The translations under genes and the position numbers were made by a program. A stretch of 56,280 nucleotides of DNA, counting the filler, from Sphacelaria rigidula (lineage: Eukaryota), in NCBI GenBank assembly GCA_964200075.2. It is 4 parts of 4 records of this genome, joined end to end, with 100 filler letters (N's around TTAATTAATTAA, not from the genome) between each part and the next. Parts side by side here need not be neighbours in the genome. Positions count along the whole stretch, not along the records: positions 42,289 to 56,280 come from CAXNAA020002531.1; 3 more parts are not named here. One strand, 5' to 3'. Below are positions 52,257 through 56,280 of this stretch, one piece after another. A model generated the notes under the pieces. The model did not search any database. It had not been told where the DNA came from and was given only the letters and a program-made list of their open reading frames with translations. How positions within the stretch are numbered: the first letter of the stretch is position 1; every line of letters begins with the position of its first letter.

Positions 52257-52412
52257 GGAAAATTGACGTTCGATAAAGACGCCATCTTCGTGAGGAACTG
52301 GGTTCACACACTCGACTCCGACCAATTTTCGAGGGCAGGCGCCATATCGAACGCCGAAACGGGGAATATCATGTTCAACGGAGACCTGACGATGCTGGGT
52401 AACGAAGCGGAG
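52257..52412 (+). CDS. Exon of a Pmp-like (GGAI/FxxN repeat, putative beta-helix adhesin-like) gene
   Basis: atccag|GKLTFDKDAIFVRNWV..RAGAISNAETGNIMFNGDLTMLGNEAE|gtgagt, 156 bp, phase 0/0. Confidence 0.75.
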
Positions 52413-55102
52413 GTGAGTGACGGAAGTAAAATAGCGCTTTCTTTTCCCTCGTTTTTTCATTCGAAGTCACCAGGAGCAGTTACCGAGGTGCATGCCTTTG
52501 CTTGATGGCCCATAGGGAAAAATCAGCGGTGGAAGAGAGGTTTCCCGATTCTCTCATCAGCAAACTGAAGCATTCAGCGTTAGACCCTGTGCCGCATCCG
52601 GTGCCCTCTGTGCATCTATCTATGCAGCGTGTAGCGTGATGTGGACAGTTCTCAACAGTTTAGTCAGAGTCTGCCGTCGTCCGAAGGCAAGCCACTTCAA
52701 ATACAGTCATGCATAGTGTTGGAAGGCGAAATTATGCGTCCAGAAGACGCCACTACAACATATCACTTCCGGTCTCAAAATTGTTCGGCAGACGCTCGGC
52801 CAAACGTGACGTCTACTTGTGGCTCGACCCGCCCGAGAGACCTTGCGGAATCTCAACATCGTGGCAACTCTTGCGGATAACGGACGTGCCGAGTAGATCG
52901 CCGTAAGAAATTGTCGCGATCGCTTTCCGAGAAGTTTTGTGAAGTTGTTGGCGTATGTATGTGCGTGCGTCCGTGCCTAGCGATATAATTGGTCCGAATG
53001 TTCTGCATTTTCGCCAAGCCTGATACGCTGAGTACTCGGCTTCGCTTAAACTTTTGAAACATGAAAGTGGATGTACAGTGAAGATCGTCGCTCGGTAGAA
53101 CTTGTCACAGGGCGTTTGAAAACTGCTTACACTTGCGGAAATCTCGGTAGGGCAGTGAACGCAGCGCCGGAGGGCAACCGTGTTGTTGTGTCCGAGATGG
53201 CGCTGACGGTGCACCCTTGTACACTCGGCTGGTGCACACTCTCCCCCATGGAACATACACGCTTGGTTTACCGGACAAATGAGCGAGGCAAAAAATACGA
53301 AGATCCATTTTCTGGATGGGTTTGCGGGCGATCTTAGCCTTGAGTAACTCTTCACCGTGTATCGATTTGTTTGTCCAAAAGTAAGCTCCGTCGCGATCCC
53401 ATATTTTCCCTGATTCGCTTCGTTAAACACATACACGTTTTCCCTTTCCCCCCGGTCTAAATCGTATTTCGGCAGGATGGAACCGGCGGTGGAATTTACA
53501 ATCGTGGTGAAATCACCGTCGAAGGCGAAGCCCTGTTTTTCGAGAACGAGGCTGGGGTAAGAATGATGCCGGAATATGGGGCGGGAGGAGGGGGGGGTAT
53601 CTCTCCGCATACTTCCTCTAACATACCATTGCTCTCTTGCTGCCTCATCCGCGGAGCGCTAGAACTTCCAGTGCCGGCGTCGCATGAATGTATCGCTTGC
53701 GCAACCTACCCATGCGAACAAAGGTGCGGGTATTTTGCTCAGGGTCTAACGCTGACTCTTGTCACGGTTTGGTGTTGATAGTGAAGGTCTCGGCTGTTCT
53801 CCCTTGATCGTTCCCGCAGCTTGGAGGAGGCATCTACCAAAGCAGGCCGGCGACGTGCACGTTCAAGAGCTTTGTCAACTTCACGAGCAATCTTGGCTAC
53901 GTTGTGAGTCCATTGGTGATCCGTTGTTTGTTTACACAGGCGCTGAAATTTCCGCGTTGCAAAGACGAGGGTCGATTCTCCAGTCGCCCTCGTCGTTGTC
54001 GCTGTGGGTTGATTCTTCCGATACCGACGGCGCTGTGTGAGGTGCTCGATGACCCTCTTCTCGATCCCTCGTTACTGTCCCAATATGACCAAATACGAAG
54101 CCGAAAATTCAAACACTGTACCCTGTCGTTAGATATTGGCAATGCTAGAAATATCGAATCGTGTGCTTTCACAGGCGAACACCTAATTTTTTAGGTCTCT
54201 AGAAACGTCTTGAGAAAATTGCGTGACGGTCAATCTATGAGCACCTCCCCTACCATTCGTTTGCGGGCTCTCCGCGAGTTGGAGGGTTGATCCAGGTTGT
54301 TTTGACTATGCAAGGCATAAAGAAGCATCAAGATACCCCGACACGAAAATAGGCACAAACGTTGGACAGATTACCTCCTTCAACGGTACAATTTTGACGT
54401 GTGAACGCCTAATTCAGGCAGGTGTCTATGTACAGAGGACAACGAACCGCATTCGATTTGTTTTTGGGGTTGTGACGATTAGCCTTTCAGCTCTACGTTT
54501 TCGAGTGCGTGTGAAGGGACACACTCGCTCTTGTCATTGAAATACACGTACGGGGCAGTTTTGACCACACCCACATGTGCGGAAGGGTTCTGAAACAAGT
54601 AGTAAAGCTACCCGAAGTACAACATACACGGGCCAGCCTCACGTGGAGGCTATTTCCTCGTCTCGTGAATCAATGCATAAATGACGGCAGAGACCATCCA
54701 TCCACGTCGAGTGTGTATTCTGTGACAGGGGTGGTCGACATGGATGTGTCTTGATTTCGTTCGGTATTTTAGAAGTGATCAGTTTCCTGTTGGCTTTCCT
54801 TCCGACTTTCGTGATATCTGGCCACCTGCGGGCGGCGTTTGTTTGTAGGCTTCGGCTACTGCCGACAGGGTTGCTGCGGCTAAACGGCTTGCATGTGTGG
54901 AATCGGACAAAGTTGAAATGAAAATTGAATAAAATTAAATCAAATTGCGAAGCAAATCAAGAAGCAAAACGCAAAAGTCAGGCAAAATCAATCGAACCCA
55001 CGACCAAACCAAGTCGGAGAGCGCAACGAAAGCTATCCAAACCAAAGGGCACAAGGCATCGAATCAAGCTTGGCTCTCCGTTTGACTGCTCCTTTCCGGC
55101 AG

Positions 55103-55239
55103 TTCTCCGGTGGCGCTGTGGAAAATCGGGGCGTGATGTACTTTAACGATGGTAGCCTCTTCGCTGACAACGGGGTCGACTGTAACTGCGAGGGTGCCTC
55201 AGGCGGCGCGATCTACAACGAAAGGGGCGGGCAAATCAC
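55103..55239 (+). CDS. Next exon of the Pmp-like gene
   Basis: ctttccggcag|FSGGAVENRGVMYFNDGSLFADNGVDCNCEGASGGAIYNERGGQI(T)|gtgaga, phase 0/2. Not present in the ORF track. Confidence 0.75.
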
Positions 55240-55732
55240 GTGAGAGCAGTATTTACTGAGTCCAAAAGCGTTTACGGCCATCATTCATCAGCAACTACCC
55301 CTTTTGCGGATAAGAGCCCGATCCTTGCTTTGAATCGAGTCTTCCTTGACCACTGACGCGCTGGTGGCTGTAGCCACAATAGTGTGACGTCCTTTTTCTT
55401 CTTCTGATACGTGTTCAAGTGATTTCAATTCGTAGATTATTTTCCCGCATTTTTTCACGTTGACGGTTCTCGTCCCCGTGGTGGAACGCATCCTGAAGGG
55501 GTGTGAGTACAGCTAATACACCAGTTCGTTTCCTCTTTTTTTCTGTCTTGTGTACTGAGATGGCGGTTCTGGTGAGGGGCGAGTGGTTCACGTTGTGTTC
55601 GATTTTGGTTACCCGTCTATGAGGTGGTGACATTGAGGTCCCTCTCCCGTTCTGTAAACGAGGTCGGTGGAGGAACGGGAGCCTCCAAGTCCCTGGGCGG
55701 TGTTGTACCTGCGGTTGTTTCTTTCTGCGTAG

Positions 55733-55842
55733 ACACATGTACTGCCAACTCCTTTGTCAACGATGTAGCGTTCGAATTCGGGTCGCGCTGCATTGGAGAG
55801 TTATCCCCGGCCAAGTTGAGACTCTGCCCCAAGATGAAAATG
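55733..55842 (+). CDS. Possible third exon of the Pmp-like gene (frame uncertain)
   Basis: Strong acceptor ttctttctgcgtag| and donor G|gtgagt; the phase-2 frame is open. Confidence 0.4.
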
Positions 55843-56211
55843 GTGAGTAAGGATACGTACCGAAATCCGATTCCGGTCGTTTATCTCGCGGAAAGTACCG
55901 TTTTATGCGCGCGAAGCGCACCGACGTTTTGATGGCGCCGATGCCCAGCTTGACTCGGTATACCACGGGTGATGGCTGATGATGACTTATGTACGGCCCT
56001 GGGCACGGCAACGGCAATGTGGGATTCGGCCAGTCGGAATCCTGATATGACCCATAGAGTAGTCCTCTGGGTCCGGGTGTAAAAAGAGGGGTCAATATTT
56101 CAGTTTTGTCGTAACTCGCTTTCTGCTCGCTCGCACGTCCTTTTAAGCTGCGTCTTGCGAGTACAAAAACTAATCACGAGCGGTCGTGTGTTGAGTATAT
56201 TCCTTGGTATC

Positions 56212-56280
56212 TGTGTGTGTGTGTTGTCGTCCCATTTATTCTGGGCGCCAGTCTACACCTTTCGGTATATGTGGGCGCAC
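56212..56280 (-). mobile_element. 3' end of a SINE of the 34-398 family
   Basis: Reverse complement of about 325-398, including the (CA)n tail. Confidence 0.7.

Overview
This is eukaryotic, intron- and transposon-rich DNA, most likely from a brown alga (Phaeophyceae). That assignment is inferred from TTAGGG repeats, a GdmH homologue, Pmp-like exons and long introns. The window is not one locus. It is four unlinked contigs (1-13997, 14098-28094, 28195-42188, 42289-56280; 13997/13997/13994/13992 bp, size-sorted) joined by artificial N44-TTAATTAATTAA-N44 linkers. The main finding is on contig 2: a spliced minus-strand gene for a GdmH-type (Ni2+-dependent) guanidine hydrolase of the arginase/ureohydrolase family. 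I rebuilt it by hand from 8 well-supported exons plus a probable first exon encoding a signal-peptide-like leader (371 aa in total). All intron phases match and there are no stop codons; the last exon is not on this contig. Contig 4 carries exons of a Pmp-like (GGAI/FxxN repeat) gene. Most of the remaining sequence is a mosaic of decayed Ty3/Gypsy elements, solo LTRs with 4-bp TSDs, tRNA-derived SINEs, several MITE families and foldback/tandem repeats. One Gypsy integrase ends in a chromo-like plus Tudor-like tail, and one MITE relic holds an interstitial telomere tract. All assignments come from manual reading; no database search was run.
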